Both the position numbers and the translations under genes were made by a program. A DNA stretch of 63,545 nucleotides, the filler included, from Nitrospinae bacterium RIFCSPLOWO2_12_FULL_45_22 (lineage in GTDB: Bacteria > 2-12-FULL-45-22): the NCBI GenBank assembly GCA_001803565.1. It is 8 parts of 8 records of this genome, joined end to end, with 100 filler letters (N's around TTAATTAATTAA, not from the genome) between each part and the next. Parts side by side here need not be neighbours in the genome. Positions count along the whole stretch, not along the records: positions 24,604 to 30,681 come from MHDQ01000142.1; positions 30,782 to 36,835 come from MHDQ01000143.1; 6 more parts are not named here. One strand, written 5' to 3'. The notes beneath the pieces are model-generated. The model did no database searches. It was not told the DNA's origin and worked only from the letters and a program-made list of their open reading frames with translations. Positions 26,693 to 36,935 of this stretch are shown here, piece after piece. Each line of letters starts with the position of its first letter. Position 1 is the first letter of the stretch.

Positions 26693-28423
26693 TCAATTTT
26701 CTTCCCTAGAGGATTCAGCCTCTTCTGCTTTTGGGATGGAGCCTGAGCCCTCTCCCAGGGATAAAGCTTCCTCTTCTGCCCCTTCTCGGGCTATTAAGCT
26801 TAGCCCTAGTTTTCTCCCCTCCAGTTCAATCCTAATTATTCTAACCATCACTTCATCGTCCAGAGAGATTACCTCAGCGGGGCTAGATATTTTTTTCTCA
26901 CTCAATTGAGAGAGATGGATTAATCCCTCAATCCCCTCTTCTATCTCAGCAAAGGCACCGAAGTTAGTAAGTTTAATAATTTTGGCCTTAACCACATCAC
27001 CAACTTTATAGCTACTTTCAACCTTTTCCCATGGGTCTGGTGTTAATTGCTTGATACCAAGCGAGAGACGGGCAGTTTCCTGATCAATATTCAAGACCTT
27101 AGCGCTAACCTTCTGCCCCTTCTTTAGTATATCTGAGGGATGTTTAATCTTTTGGGACCAGGAAATATCGGATATATGAATCAGCCCATCTATACCTTCT
27201 TCTAGGGCTAAAAAAGCACCAAAATCCGTTAGATTCCGGATCTTACCCTCCACTGTTGATCCTACCGGATATTTCTCCTTGATGGTATCCCAGGGGTTAG
27301 GCTCTATCTGCTTCATACCGAGGGATATGCGCCTATTTTCTTTATCCAGGGACAAAACTACTGCTTCAATTACATCACCCGGGGATACTATCTTAGACGG
27401 GTGTTTAATCCTCTTATCCCATGAGAGTTCAGAGACATGAACCAGTCCTTCGATGCCTGGCTCTAGTTCTACAAATGCACCATAATCGGCAATGCTAATA
27501 ACTTTCCCCTTAACCTTGCTCCCTAGGGCATATTTAGTATCAGCTTCTGCCCAGGGGTCTTGTTTCATCTGTTTTATCCCAAGGGATACCCGTTGGCTTT
27601 GGCGGTCATATTTAATGATTATAATCTTGACTTTGTCTCCTAGACTAAGTAGTTCCGACGGATGTTGGATCCTACCCCAGGCCATATCAGTTATATGGAG
27701 CAAGCCATCAATACCTCCTAAATCAATGAAGGCGCCATAATCAGTGATATTTTTCACTACCCCGTCGAGGATTTGTCCTTCTTCTAAGCGGGCTAAGAGA
27801 TCCCGTCGGCTTTCCTCTTTCTCCTCTTCCAGGATTGCCCGCCGAGAGAGGACTATATTGCCACGACGTCTATTCATTTTTATAATCTTCATCCTAAACT
27901 TTTGCCCGATGAGTTTGTCCAGATTCCTTATGGGTCTCAAATCAATTTGTGAGCCTGGTAGGAATGCCTTCAAGCCTATGTCTACTGCTAAGCCCCCTTT
28001 AATCTTAGCTATTACTGTACCTTCCACTGCTTCATTATTATCATAAGCCTGTGTGAGATCATCCCAGACCTTTATCTTATCGGCCTTTTCCTTAGAGAGA
28101 ACTATTTGGCCTTCACTATCCTCCATCTTTTCCAGGTAGACTTCTACCTGGTCTCCTATTTTAAGGCCCCTACCTGCACCAGGGAACTCAGAGAGAAGGA
28201 TAGAGCCTTCTGACTTATAGCCCACATCTATTAAGGCCGAATCTTTTTCTATCTGAATAACTACCCCCTGAACTATTTCGCCTTCCCGGAAGGGTTTCAG
28301 GGTCTCTTCATAGAGTTCATCCATATTTTCATATTCTTCCAAATTAAAATTATTATCGGTTAAAACAAGAGCTGATGCCTTATTAGACAGCTCTTGTTGC
28401 CCTGCCTCTTTCTCTTCAAGCAT
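26693..28423 (-). CDS. rpsA: 30S ribosomal protein S1
   Basis: Six S1 domains, IDVGYKSEG, AFLPGSQID, YGAFIDLGGIDGLLH. Confidence 0.97.
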   Translation of the reverse strand: MLEEKEAGQQELSNKASALVLTDNNFNLEEYENMDELYEETLKPFREGEIVQGVVIQIEKDSALIDVGYKSEGSILLSEFPGAGRGLKIGDQVEVYLEKMEDSEGQIVLSKEKADKIKVWDDLTQAYDNNEAVEGTVIAKIKGGLAVDIGLKAFLPGSQIDLRPIRNLDKLIGQKFRMKIIKMNRRRGNIVLSRRAILEEEKEESRRDLLARLEEGQILDGVVKNITDYGAFIDLGGIDGLLHITDMAWGRIQHPSELLSLGDKVKIIIIKYDRQSQRVSLGIKQMKQDPWAEADTKYALGSKVKGKVISIADYGAFVELEPGIEGLVHVSELSWDKRIKHPSKIVSPGDVIEAVVLSLDKENRRISLGMKQIEPNPWDTIKEKYPVGSTVEGKIRNLTDFGAFLALEEGIDGLIHISDISWSQKIKHPSDILKKGQKVSAKVLNIDQETARLSLGIKQLTPDPWEKVESSYKVGDVVKAKIIKLTNFGAFAEIEEGIEGLIHLSQLSEKKISSPAEVISLDDEVMVRIIRIELEGRKLGLSLIAREGAEEEALSLGEGSGSIPKAEEAESSREEN

Positions 28424-28624
28424 AGCAAATATCCTCCTCTGCTTTAAATTAACGCCGGCTAAAGCCTGCGACTACCACAAAACCGCATTATTAAAATGAA
28501 AATTCCTATACGATTAAATTAATTAGGACGCTGATTTCCCTAGATTAATGCGGTTCTTGAATGCATTTTCATAAATCATGAAAATCTCCGTCGGGTACCC
28601 ACAAAGTGGGTGTGCGTCCAAAAT

Positions 28625-29470
28625 TTATTGACCATCGAACTTTGAGAGCAATTTTTCCCGGATATCTTCTATAAGCCAATAGGGGGTAGAAGCCCCGGCG
28701 GTTATCCCTATCGTCTTCTTCCCATCTAACCAGGGAATCTCTATGTCATCGGCCGCCTCTATCTGAAAAGTATGGGGTTGTTCCTGGCGACAGAGGTGAG
28801 TTAAGTGGGCAGTATTAGCACTAGCTCTACCTCCTATTACCAGCATAACATCAACTTTCCTGGCCAGCTCTACTGATTCTTTATACCGAGCTTCAGTAGA
28901 GGTACAAAGAGTATTGAAGACTTTTATTTCTTTAGCTATTTTTAGCAGTTCTGACAAGGCCGACAAGAAATTTGCCCCGGGTTGAGTGGTTTGAGCTACT
29001 ACACCTATCCGCTCCTGGATTATATGTTGACTTATCTCTGTCTTGTCCCTGATAACGATACTGTTTTTTCCGGCATATTCCTCGATCACTTTTACTTCAG
29101 GATGCTCCTTATCGCCTATAATTATTACTTGATAGCCCTCTTCTCTAAGAAATTCAGCATATTCCTGCACTTTTTTAACCGTAGGACAGGTAGCATCCAG
29201 GATATTTATCTTCTTATTTTGGGCTTCGGTAAATACCGAAGCTGGGGCTCCATGAGAGCGGATGACCAGGGCACCTTTTTTAATTTGGCTCATATCTTCA
29301 ATTATCTTTAAGCCATTTCCCTCCAGATCCTTTACCACCTGAGGATTATGGATCAAAGGCCCCAGGGAATATAGGGGCTCTTGGCCCTCTTTCAAAGCCT
29401 CATATGCCAGCGAGAGGGCCCTCTTTACTCCATAGCAAAAACCTGCTTTTTGGGCGACTAAAACCTCCAC
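28625..29470 (-). CDS. ispH: 4-hydroxy-3-methylbut-2-enyl diphosphate reductase
   Basis: AGFCYGV, LIHN, DATCP, HPEV, QTT, NTLC, TAGASTP. Confidence 0.95.
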   Translation of the reverse strand: MEVLVAQKAGFCYGVKRALSLAYEALKEGQEPLYSLGPLIHNPQVVKDLEGNGLKIIEDMSQIKKGALVIRSHGAPASVFTEAQNKKINILDATCPTVKKVQEYAEFLREEGYQVIIIGDKEHPEVKVIEEYAGKNSIVIRDKTEISQHIIQERIGVVAQTTQPGANFLSALSELLKIAKEIKVFNTLCTSTEARYKESVELARKVDVMLVIGGRASANTAHLTHLCRQEQPHTFQIEAADDIEIPWLDGKKTIGITAGASTPYWLIEDIREKLLSKFDGQ

Positions 29471-29471
29471 T

Positions 29472-30681
29472 TTAGGACAGCCTTCCTTTTATTTCTTTTA
29501 GCATGATCTCTTTTACTTTTTCAATAGATAATTGCGTGGTATCTATGTAGATAGCATCTGGGGCCAGGCTCAAAGGAGCTAAGTCTCTATTGGAGTCATC
29601 CATATCCCGTTTCCTTAGACTTTGTTCAATAGTCTTCAGGTCTACCTCCAACCCCGCCTCTTTTAATTCTTTATGCCGACGATAAGCCCGGGCTTCTACT
29701 GTAGCATCCAGATAGAATTTTACTTCGGCCTCGGGAAATATTACTGTCCCGATATCTCGGCCATCCATAACTACCCCGCCATCTTTCCCCAGGTTCCTTT
29801 GCAATTCCAACAGGGCCTTCCTTACCCCAGCAAAAGCTGATACTGCCGAGGCCCCCTTACCAATCTCTTCATCCTTAATCTTGTCTGTTATGTCTTCCCT
29901 ATCCAAATAGGCCCGCACAGTATTATCGTCCATAGTCCTAAACTGCAGCTCGAGGGCCGAGCTGAGCTGTGCCAGGGATTCCTGATCATCCCAGGAAATC
30001 TTTTCTTGCCGGGCTTTCCAGGCCACTGCCCGGTAGATAGTACCAGTACTAATATAAGTATAATTAATGGCCTTGGCAATAAGCTTGCCTAAACTACTTT
30101 TCCCTCCACTAGCTGGGCCATCAACAGCTATTATTAACTCATTCTTTCGCCTGCTCCTTTCGCAGGATTTTACTATTGCCCGAAATTCCCTGGCTAGAGC
30201 AAACTGCTGTTCCAATGCGTCCCCTTCTGCCTTTGCTATATAGGACTTTAGCCGTTCCAGATGTTCCTGGAAATATTCTATGGCCTGTAAGATGTTATTT
30301 CGGTTAGAGAGACAAATATCCCGCCACATGAGGGGATGACTGGAGGCCACCCGGGTAAAATCTTTAAACCCACCAGCCGGGAAAGAAAGCATCTGCTCAT
30401 CTTCCTGAGCTAGCTCTCGAATAGTATTCACTAACGAATAAGCCACCATATGGGGTAAGTGACTGATCCGGGCCAGGGAGCAGTCATGGGCTTCTGGCTC
30501 CATAAGGATCACTTTCACCCCGATCATCTCCCAGAGCTGACTTATCTTCTCTATTGCCCAGAGGTGAGTCTTTGAAGTTGGGGTTAAAATACATTTAGTA
30601 TTGGCAAAGAGTTCTGGAAAAGCGGCTTCTACTCCGGACTTCTCTGTCCCGGCAATGGGATGTCCTCCAACTAAAGAGATA
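29472..30681 (-). CDS. tyrA-cmk: Prephenate dehydrogenase-cytidylate kinase fusion, 5' end truncated
   Basis: Frame open to the contig end: GGHPIAGTEKSG, HD..ISHLPH, GGFKDFTRVASSHPLMWRDI (TyrA), then IAVDGPASGGKS, DGRDIGTVIFP, IDTT (Cmk). Confidence 0.88.
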
Positions 30682-30781
30682 NNNNNNNNNNNNNNNNNNN
30701 NNNNNNNNNNNNNNNNNNNNNNNNNTTAATTAATTAANNNNNNNNNNNNNNNNNNNNNNNNNNNNNNNNNNNNNNNNNNNN

Positions 30782-31827
30782 CTCCAGGGTTTCCCCTCCA
30801 GAATTCCCTGGGTACATTGATTGCAGTACAGGCACTTGTTGATCTGGTCCCACTTACCTTCCAGAGTCTTTTTGGCAAAGAAGGGGTCAGCTAAAAGAGA
30901 CCTGCCCAGGGCGATAAGGTCTGCTTTTCCTTCCGAGAGGGTGTTTTCTGCCAACAAGGGGTCTCCCAGCTTTCCTGCAGTAATGACTGGGATCTTTATT
31001 ACTTTTTTTATCTCCGCAGCTAGATAGGCATTTGTTGCCAAGGGCTGATCCTTCCCTGGTACACATCTAGTAAAACTGTAACCCAATGAGCCATCAGCCT
31101 CTAATCTACCACCTGCTGAGATATCCAGTATATCTATCCCGTACTCCTCCAAGCGCTGGGCTATGATCAGACTATCTGCTAAGGTATTCCCATTCAAGAC
31201 AAACTCATCACCGTTTATTCGACACGCCAGGCTCACTTTTGTGCCCAGAATATCTCTTGTCCTGGTTATTATCTCCTCAGCTATCTTTGTCCGCCCTTCA
31301 GAGGAACCATCAAACTCATCATTCCTTTTGTTGGTCTGTCTGGAGAGAAAATCAGCTAGGGTATAAAAATGTGCCATATGAAACTCAATCAGATCAAATC
31401 CTATTCCGGAGGCCCGTTGAGCTGCCCGGACAAAATCTTCAATGATGCTATATATTTCTTGCTTTGTCAGGTCAGTAGGAGTCTTTGCCACTTTCACTAA
31501 GGAATCTACCAGTTGAATGCCTATCCTGGCCCCTTCCTGGTGCACCCCATTTACTAATTTCTCGAGGCCGGATAAGAAACTATCATTAAATATACTGAGG
31601 CAATTCTTATCTCTTCTCCTCCGCTCATAGTTCACCGTTGTTGCCTCGACCATAATCAACCCCATTCCCCCTGCAGCCCTTTCTCTATAATAGGCTATCT
31701 GCATCGGGGTAATAAAACCATCATCAGAGGCGTAATTGGTACCACAAGGAGCCATAACTAGCCGGTTCTTCAAGTGGATATGGGGAAGCATGAAGGGTTT
31801 GAATAAAAGCATGTCCTCTATTTTCAT
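30782..31827 (-). CDS. Old-yellow-enzyme-family NADH:flavin oxidoreductase with C-terminal Fe-S motif, truncated
   Basis: LKNRLVMAP, ERAAGGMG, EFHMAHFY, NKRNDEF, GRSLLADP, CLYCNQC. Confidence 0.88.
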
Positions 31828-31834
31828 CTTATAA

Positions 31835-32140
31835 TTATCTGGTTAATCGCATCTTATAGCTCCGGTGCAACTTTTCCATATTATCTAATATCTCATTGCC
31901 TGTACTCATTAAATCTTTCAGTTGAACGATATATTTTAAATACCTACGTATTTCTTCTGGTGACATCAATTCCTTAGAATTCGCATAAAATTCCTCGGAA
32001 CCCTTAAGGATACCTGCAGCCCTTTCTGTAAAGCTCTTTATCCGATTTAAAACCTTGATATCTACTTGGGCCTGATTAATCCATTGGCTCAGGAGGTCAT
32101 TTTCCTTCATCTCAGGAATTTTTTGGCTCATCTCTCCCAC
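31835..32140 (-). CDS. Hypothetical helical protein
   Basis: 101-aa ORF 7 nt upstream of the OYE gene, same strand. Confidence 0.55.
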   Translation of the reverse strand: MGEMSQKIPEMKENDLLSQWINQAQVDIKVLNRIKSFTERAAGILKGSEEFYANSKELMSPEEIRRYLKYIVQLKDLMSTGNEILDNMEKLHRSYKMRLTR

Positions 32141-33064
32141 CTCACTTAATATTTATAAATGTTTATACCCAACTGATTCCTAAAAACCTCATCATGAAAC
32201 AGTGTTGTTGCAATAAAGAAATTATAAAAATCGCCCCAAAATAGGGTAACACTTTTTCCCTGGGAAGTTCAACCTCAAAAAAGAGAGGAGTTAAGGGATA
32301 ATAGGGTAGACTTCTCCTTTCCTTTGTACACTCCGTGTCTCCGTGGCCAAACTCTTACAAAACATTTTATTTGAATGATAAATATTCAATTATAATTTAT
32401 AAGAGAATATGGTATAAAGAGAGCATCCTTCATTTTCCCGTTAACACTTTTAGCTTACAAAAGTCTAAGCAAGGGGGTAAATATTCAGTGAACCAGTTAT
32501 AATGAAACCACGGATTTCCCAGATAACACAGATATTTTAGTGAGAAGTAAGCCGTGAGCAGTAACTGCTAACTCCTTACTGCTCACTTTAGAAAATCTGT
32601 GGTTTCTATTTACGGTGTTTCCTGAATATCTACTTCGAACTGCTAACTACTTTTGGTCAGATATGAAGGATGCCTGGATTTCTGACAGAAAATAGCCATA
32701 CCCAAAAGAAAGGGGGGAGCTGATATGTGATCGATCTATAAGTCATTATTTAATAGATCTTAGTGGGTAATTTTCACAGAAGAAGTTCGCTACATTTCTT
32801 GCTGGGTCGAGTTCTCTAACGGTAATAGAAAAGATAAATTCTGGTATCCTGCTCTGCTAGGTTTTCTCTCGCAATATAAATATCTCCGAAGACCGGTTTC
32901 TAGTTCCCTTTCTAAGGCCTTTTCTCTATTCTTTGTCTTCTTGTTATAATTGCACCAAGGAACAGGCAAAAGCAGCATAATAAGATGACGTCCTTTTTGG
33001 GAAATGGGTTATCATCTGAAGATATTTACAACAGGTTAATGAAGATGTAGGAGGAACAAGGCAT

Positions 33065-34309
33065 ATGAAAAAGGAAGAATTTTACCAGGAGTTCTTAGCG
33101 GACTCCCTAGGCCCTTTGGAGGGGATAAAAGTCCTAGAGGCCACTACCTCCCATGCTGGCCCTGTAGCAGGGAAGATATTAGCTGATCTCGGGGCAGAAG
33201 TTATCAAGATCGAGATGCCCCAGAAAGGTGATATTTTGCGTCATTTGGGTCCCTTTCTCCCCTCTTGTCCGGATAAATTAGAAGCTAGTTCCTATTATCA
33301 AAGTCTTAATAGGAACAAAAAGGGGATCACCTTGCGGCTCAGTTCTCCTCAAGGGAAAGACGTGTTTTTAGACCTAGCCCGGGGAATGGATATTATTATT
33401 GAGAACTATAAACCAGGTACCATGAAGCGTTGGGGAGTGGGCTATTCCCAGGTAAAAAAGATCAAGGCCGACATCATATATGTCTCTATCGCCGGCCGGG
33501 GTCAATGGGGACCTCAACATCCAAAACCCAGCTATGATGCTGTGGGTCAGGCCATGGGGGGATTAATGCATGTTACGGGCAATGCGGATGATCCTCCAAC
33601 CCGGGCTGGTTATGGGTTGGGTGATGATCTTGCAGGCTGGCAAGCCGCCTTTGGCGGGTTGTCAGCCTTGCTCTACCGTCAACAGACCGGAAAGGGGCAA
33701 CATGTCGATGTATCCCAACAGGATGCTATGCTCTATGCCAGTGAGATAGGGATCATGGCGGCCAGCAATGCAGGATATTTTTGGAAAAGGATGGGGAGCG
33801 GGAATCCCGTGGTATCCCCTTATGATACCTATAAATGCCAGGATGATTATGTATTTATCGCGGTAGTTTTGGACTCCCATTGGGAGAGGTTTTGTAAGAT
33901 AATTGCCCGGGAGGATCTTATAGCTGACCCCAGGACTTCCAACCCTGCCTCCAGGGCCAAAAACAAGGATTTTGTTGATAAAATAGTATGGGAGTGGACC
34001 CAATATAAAACGGTGGCAGAAGTGGTTGAGATATTAGAGCAAGCTCAATTAGTAGTCGCTCCTATCCTCAACCTTAACCAGGTAGCCGGGGATAAGCATC
34101 TCATGGAGCGGGATATGGTTACCAAAGTAGAACATCCTTTATCCGGTCGTTTAAGTATTTACGGTGTGGCACCCAAGTTCTCCCTTACGCCGGGTAAAGT
34201 GAGGTCTCCTGCCCCTATGCTGGGCCAACATAACCAGGAGATATATCAAGGGCTGCTCAATTACTCAGAGGAAAAGATAGCCAGCTTAAAGGAAGAAAAC
34301 GGCATCTAG
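33065..34309 (+). CDS. Class III CoA-transferase (CaiB/BaiF)
   Basis: AGP..LADLGAEVIKIE, NRNKKGITL, ENYKPG, catalytic GD, APMLGQHN. Confidence 0.93.
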   Translation: MKKEEFYQEFLADSLGPLEGIKVLEATTSHAGPVAGKILADLGAEVIKIEMPQKGDILRHLGPFLPSCPDKLEASSYYQSLNRNKKGITLRLSSPQGKDVFLDLARGMDIIIENYKPGTMKRWGVGYSQVKKIKADIIYVSIAGRGQWGPQHPKPSYDAVGQAMGGLMHVTGNADDPPTRAGYGLGDDLAGWQAAFGGLSALLYRQQTGKGQHVDVSQQDAMLYASEIGIMAASNAGYFWKRMGSGNPVVSPYDTYKCQDDYVFIAVVLDSHWERFCKIIAREDLIADPRTSNPASRAKNKDFVDKIVWEWTQYKTVAEVVEILEQAQLVVAPILNLNQVAGDKHLMERDMVTKVEHPLSGRLSIYGVAPKFSLTPGKVRSPAPMLGQHNQEIYQGLLNYSEEKIASLKEENGI

Positions 34310-34344
34310 TCATCTAAAGAGATATTGGATCGGGAGGGACTAGC

Positions 34345-35589
34345 ATGAGAAAAGAAGAATTTTACCAGGATGCATTACCAGATTCTGTAGGACCCCTGAC
34401 AGGGGTAAGGGTTCTTGAGGCTACCCATAACGCCGCCGGTCCTTTTGCTGGCACTCTACTGGCGGATTTGGGGGCGGAATCAATAAAGATAGACCAGCCC
34501 GTTGTAGGTGATGTAGCCCGGCGGGTACCCCCCTTTGTAGAGAGTAGTTCTCCCTTGGAAGCCAGTACCCTTTATTTATCCATCAATAGAAATAAAAAGG
34601 GCATAACCCTAAATCTTAAGCCTGAGGGAGGGAAAAAGCTTTTCAAGGAATTAGTGAAGCAGGTAGATATAGTGATCGAAAATTACAAACCCGGTACTAT
34701 GGAGGCCTGGGGTTTGGGTTATCAGGCCCTTATAAAGGTTAAACCTGACATCATCTATACCTCTATCAGTGGATATGGTCAGTTTGGCCCCAATCATAAA
34801 AAACCTAGCTATGATGCCATAGCTCAGGCCATGGGGGGGTTGATGAGTGTAACTGGGTATCCAGATGGTCCACCTTTGCGGACAGGATACGGTTTTGGTG
34901 ATGACCTAGCGGGTTGGCAGGGGGCAATAGCAAGTATAGCTGCCCTCTACTATAAGAGGCTTACTGGGAAAGGGCAGCGTATAGATATTTCCCAGCAGGA
35001 TACTATAGTCTATTGTAGTGCCTGGGGTATTATGGGGGCAGTTAATGCCGGGCACATCTGGCCCCGAGAAGGGAATACGGTTAGGATATTAGCCCCCTAT
35101 AATACCTATAAATGCAAAGATGATAACTATGTATTTATCGCCGTGGTATTAGAGTCGCATTGGCAAAAACTATGCAGGCTTATGGGCCGCGAAGAATTGA
35201 TCAACGATCCCAAAACTAACTCTCCTTCGGCTAGGGCCGAGCGGGGAGAATTTGTAGATAATATTGTCGAGGAATGGACTATGAAGCATACCGTCCAGGA
35301 GGTAGTAGAAATTCTGGATAAGGAACAGATAGTAGTGGCACCCATCCTCGATTTTAAACAGATATTGGAAGACGAACATATCAAGCAGAGAGAGATGGTG
35401 GTAGAAGTTGAACATCAAGCCGCTAATAAACTAAAACTTTATGGTGTTGCTACCAAGTATTCCCTAACACCGGCTAGAATCCGTATGCCCGCCCCTATGT
35501 TAGGCCAGCATAACCAAGAGATATATAAAGGGCTTCTGGGGCTTGGTGACCGAGAGCTACTTCAACTGGCAGAACAAGGGATAATTTGA
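34345..35589 (+). CDS. Class III CoA-transferase (CaiB/BaiF), tandem paralog
   Basis: Same motifs and the same MxKEEFYQ N-terminus as the upstream gene. Confidence 0.93.
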   Translation: MRKEEFYQDALPDSVGPLTGVRVLEATHNAAGPFAGTLLADLGAESIKIDQPVVGDVARRVPPFVESSSPLEASTLYLSINRNKKGITLNLKPEGGKKLFKELVKQVDIVIENYKPGTMEAWGLGYQALIKVKPDIIYTSISGYGQFGPNHKKPSYDAIAQAMGGLMSVTGYPDGPPLRTGYGFGDDLAGWQGAIASIAALYYKRLTGKGQRIDISQQDTIVYCSAWGIMGAVNAGHIWPREGNTVRILAPYNTYKCKDDNYVFIAVVLESHWQKLCRLMGREELINDPKTNSPSARAERGEFVDNIVEEWTMKHTVQEVVEILDKEQIVVAPILDFKQILEDEHIKQREMVVEVEHQAANKLKLYGVATKYSLTPARIRMPAPMLGQHNQEIYKGLLGLGDRELLQLAEQGII

Positions 35590-35672
35590 TAACTAAAGCT
35601 ATCACTTTAGATCAGGAGGTGCATAAGATGCAATAGTTGCCTGCAGCATATCTTTCAAGGCTTTAGTGTACG

Positions 35673-36038
35673 ATGTGCAGTCAATCCTGTAGTAGGGCGG
35701 GAGAGGTTCAAGCCAGAATATTCTCCTCCCTTGCCTGCCTCGATATTGGCAGCCGTCACCCTGCCGGTGCTCCAGCTAATGCTTACCCCTGCCGAGATGG
35801 CTATGTAGTTCTGGCCGCATCCCTGGAGAGGCATTGGGCTAAACCCTGTCAGTTCATGGGTAGGGAGGAATTGATTGACGATCTCAGGACCAAGACTGTG
35901 GCTCTCCGGGTAAAAAATGTCGCTTTTGTGGATGAGGCAGTAGGAGAGTGGGCCCGAGATAAGACCGTTGATATGGAACCTTGCTTCGGATATAGCAAGG
36001 AAAATATAAAAGAACTGTTGCAAGAAGGGGTTATCTAA
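35673..36038 (+). pseudogene. Collapsed fragment of a third class III CoA-transferase
   Basis: GSRHPAGAPANAYPCRDGYV..MGREELIDD..VDEAVGEW joined to GYSKENIKELLQEGVI. Confidence 0.7.
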
Positions 36039-36274
36039 GTGCTCTAATTCATAATTACGGTGACGTATTTAAAAGAAATTGTTTATGATAAGGAAACCAG
36101 GAATAGAGGAGAGGTTAAAAATTGGAAGTGTAATTTCCTGGTTTCTTGGTTTCCTAATAAAAAAGAAGGTAACCCCCGCCTGAGCGGGGTAAAAAATAAG
36201 CATAATACTTAACTGTATTTATGAAATGACGTACTTAAGGAAAAACCTTAACAGTTTTATGGGAGTGGACGAGG

Positions 36275-36835
36275 ATGATAAAAGAGCTAAATACTTTAAA
36301 AGAGATAAGAAATATAAATGAATCATTCCCCTTTACTGATTCGATCCGGGAATGGAAGGAACAAGGAAAAAAGGTCTTAGGATATTTATGTACTTACATA
36401 CCTGAAGAGATTATTTATGCCGGAGGGTTCTTGCCCGTGAGGATAACGGGTGATTCCAGAGAATTGGAGTTAGAAGAGGCTAATGCCTATCTCTATATTT
36501 ATACCTGCTCTTTTGCCCGGAGCTGCCTGCAACTTGCTTTAAAAAATCAATACGATTTCCTGGATGGGTTTGTGGGCTGTTCGACCTGCGATCCCATACG
36601 GCGCCTCGCTGATGTCTGGGAAAAATATTTAACTACCCCTTTTTTGCACGTCCTTACTATACCCCGAAAATCCTCCCCCGATGCCCATAAGTTGTACCAA
36701 AACCAAGTAGAGATATTCAAAGAAAAAGTGGAGGATTTCTTTGGGGTAAAAATTACGGAGGATGACCTAAAAGGGGCCATAGAGGTATATAACAAGAATA
36801 GAGAACTCCTGACAAAGCTATATGAGCTGAGGAAA
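36275..36835 (+). CDS. 2-hydroxyacyl-CoA dehydratase / benzoyl-CoA reductase (HgdB/BcrC/BzdN family) subunit, truncated
   Basis: GYLCTYIPEEIIYAGG, CSFARSC, STCDPIRRL. Confidence 0.85.
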
Positions 36836-36935
36836 NNNNNNNNNNNNNNNNNNNNNNNNNNNNNNNNNNNNNNNNNNNNTTAATTAATTAANNNNNNNNN
36901 NNNNNNNNNNNNNNNNNNNNNNNNNNNNNNNNNNN

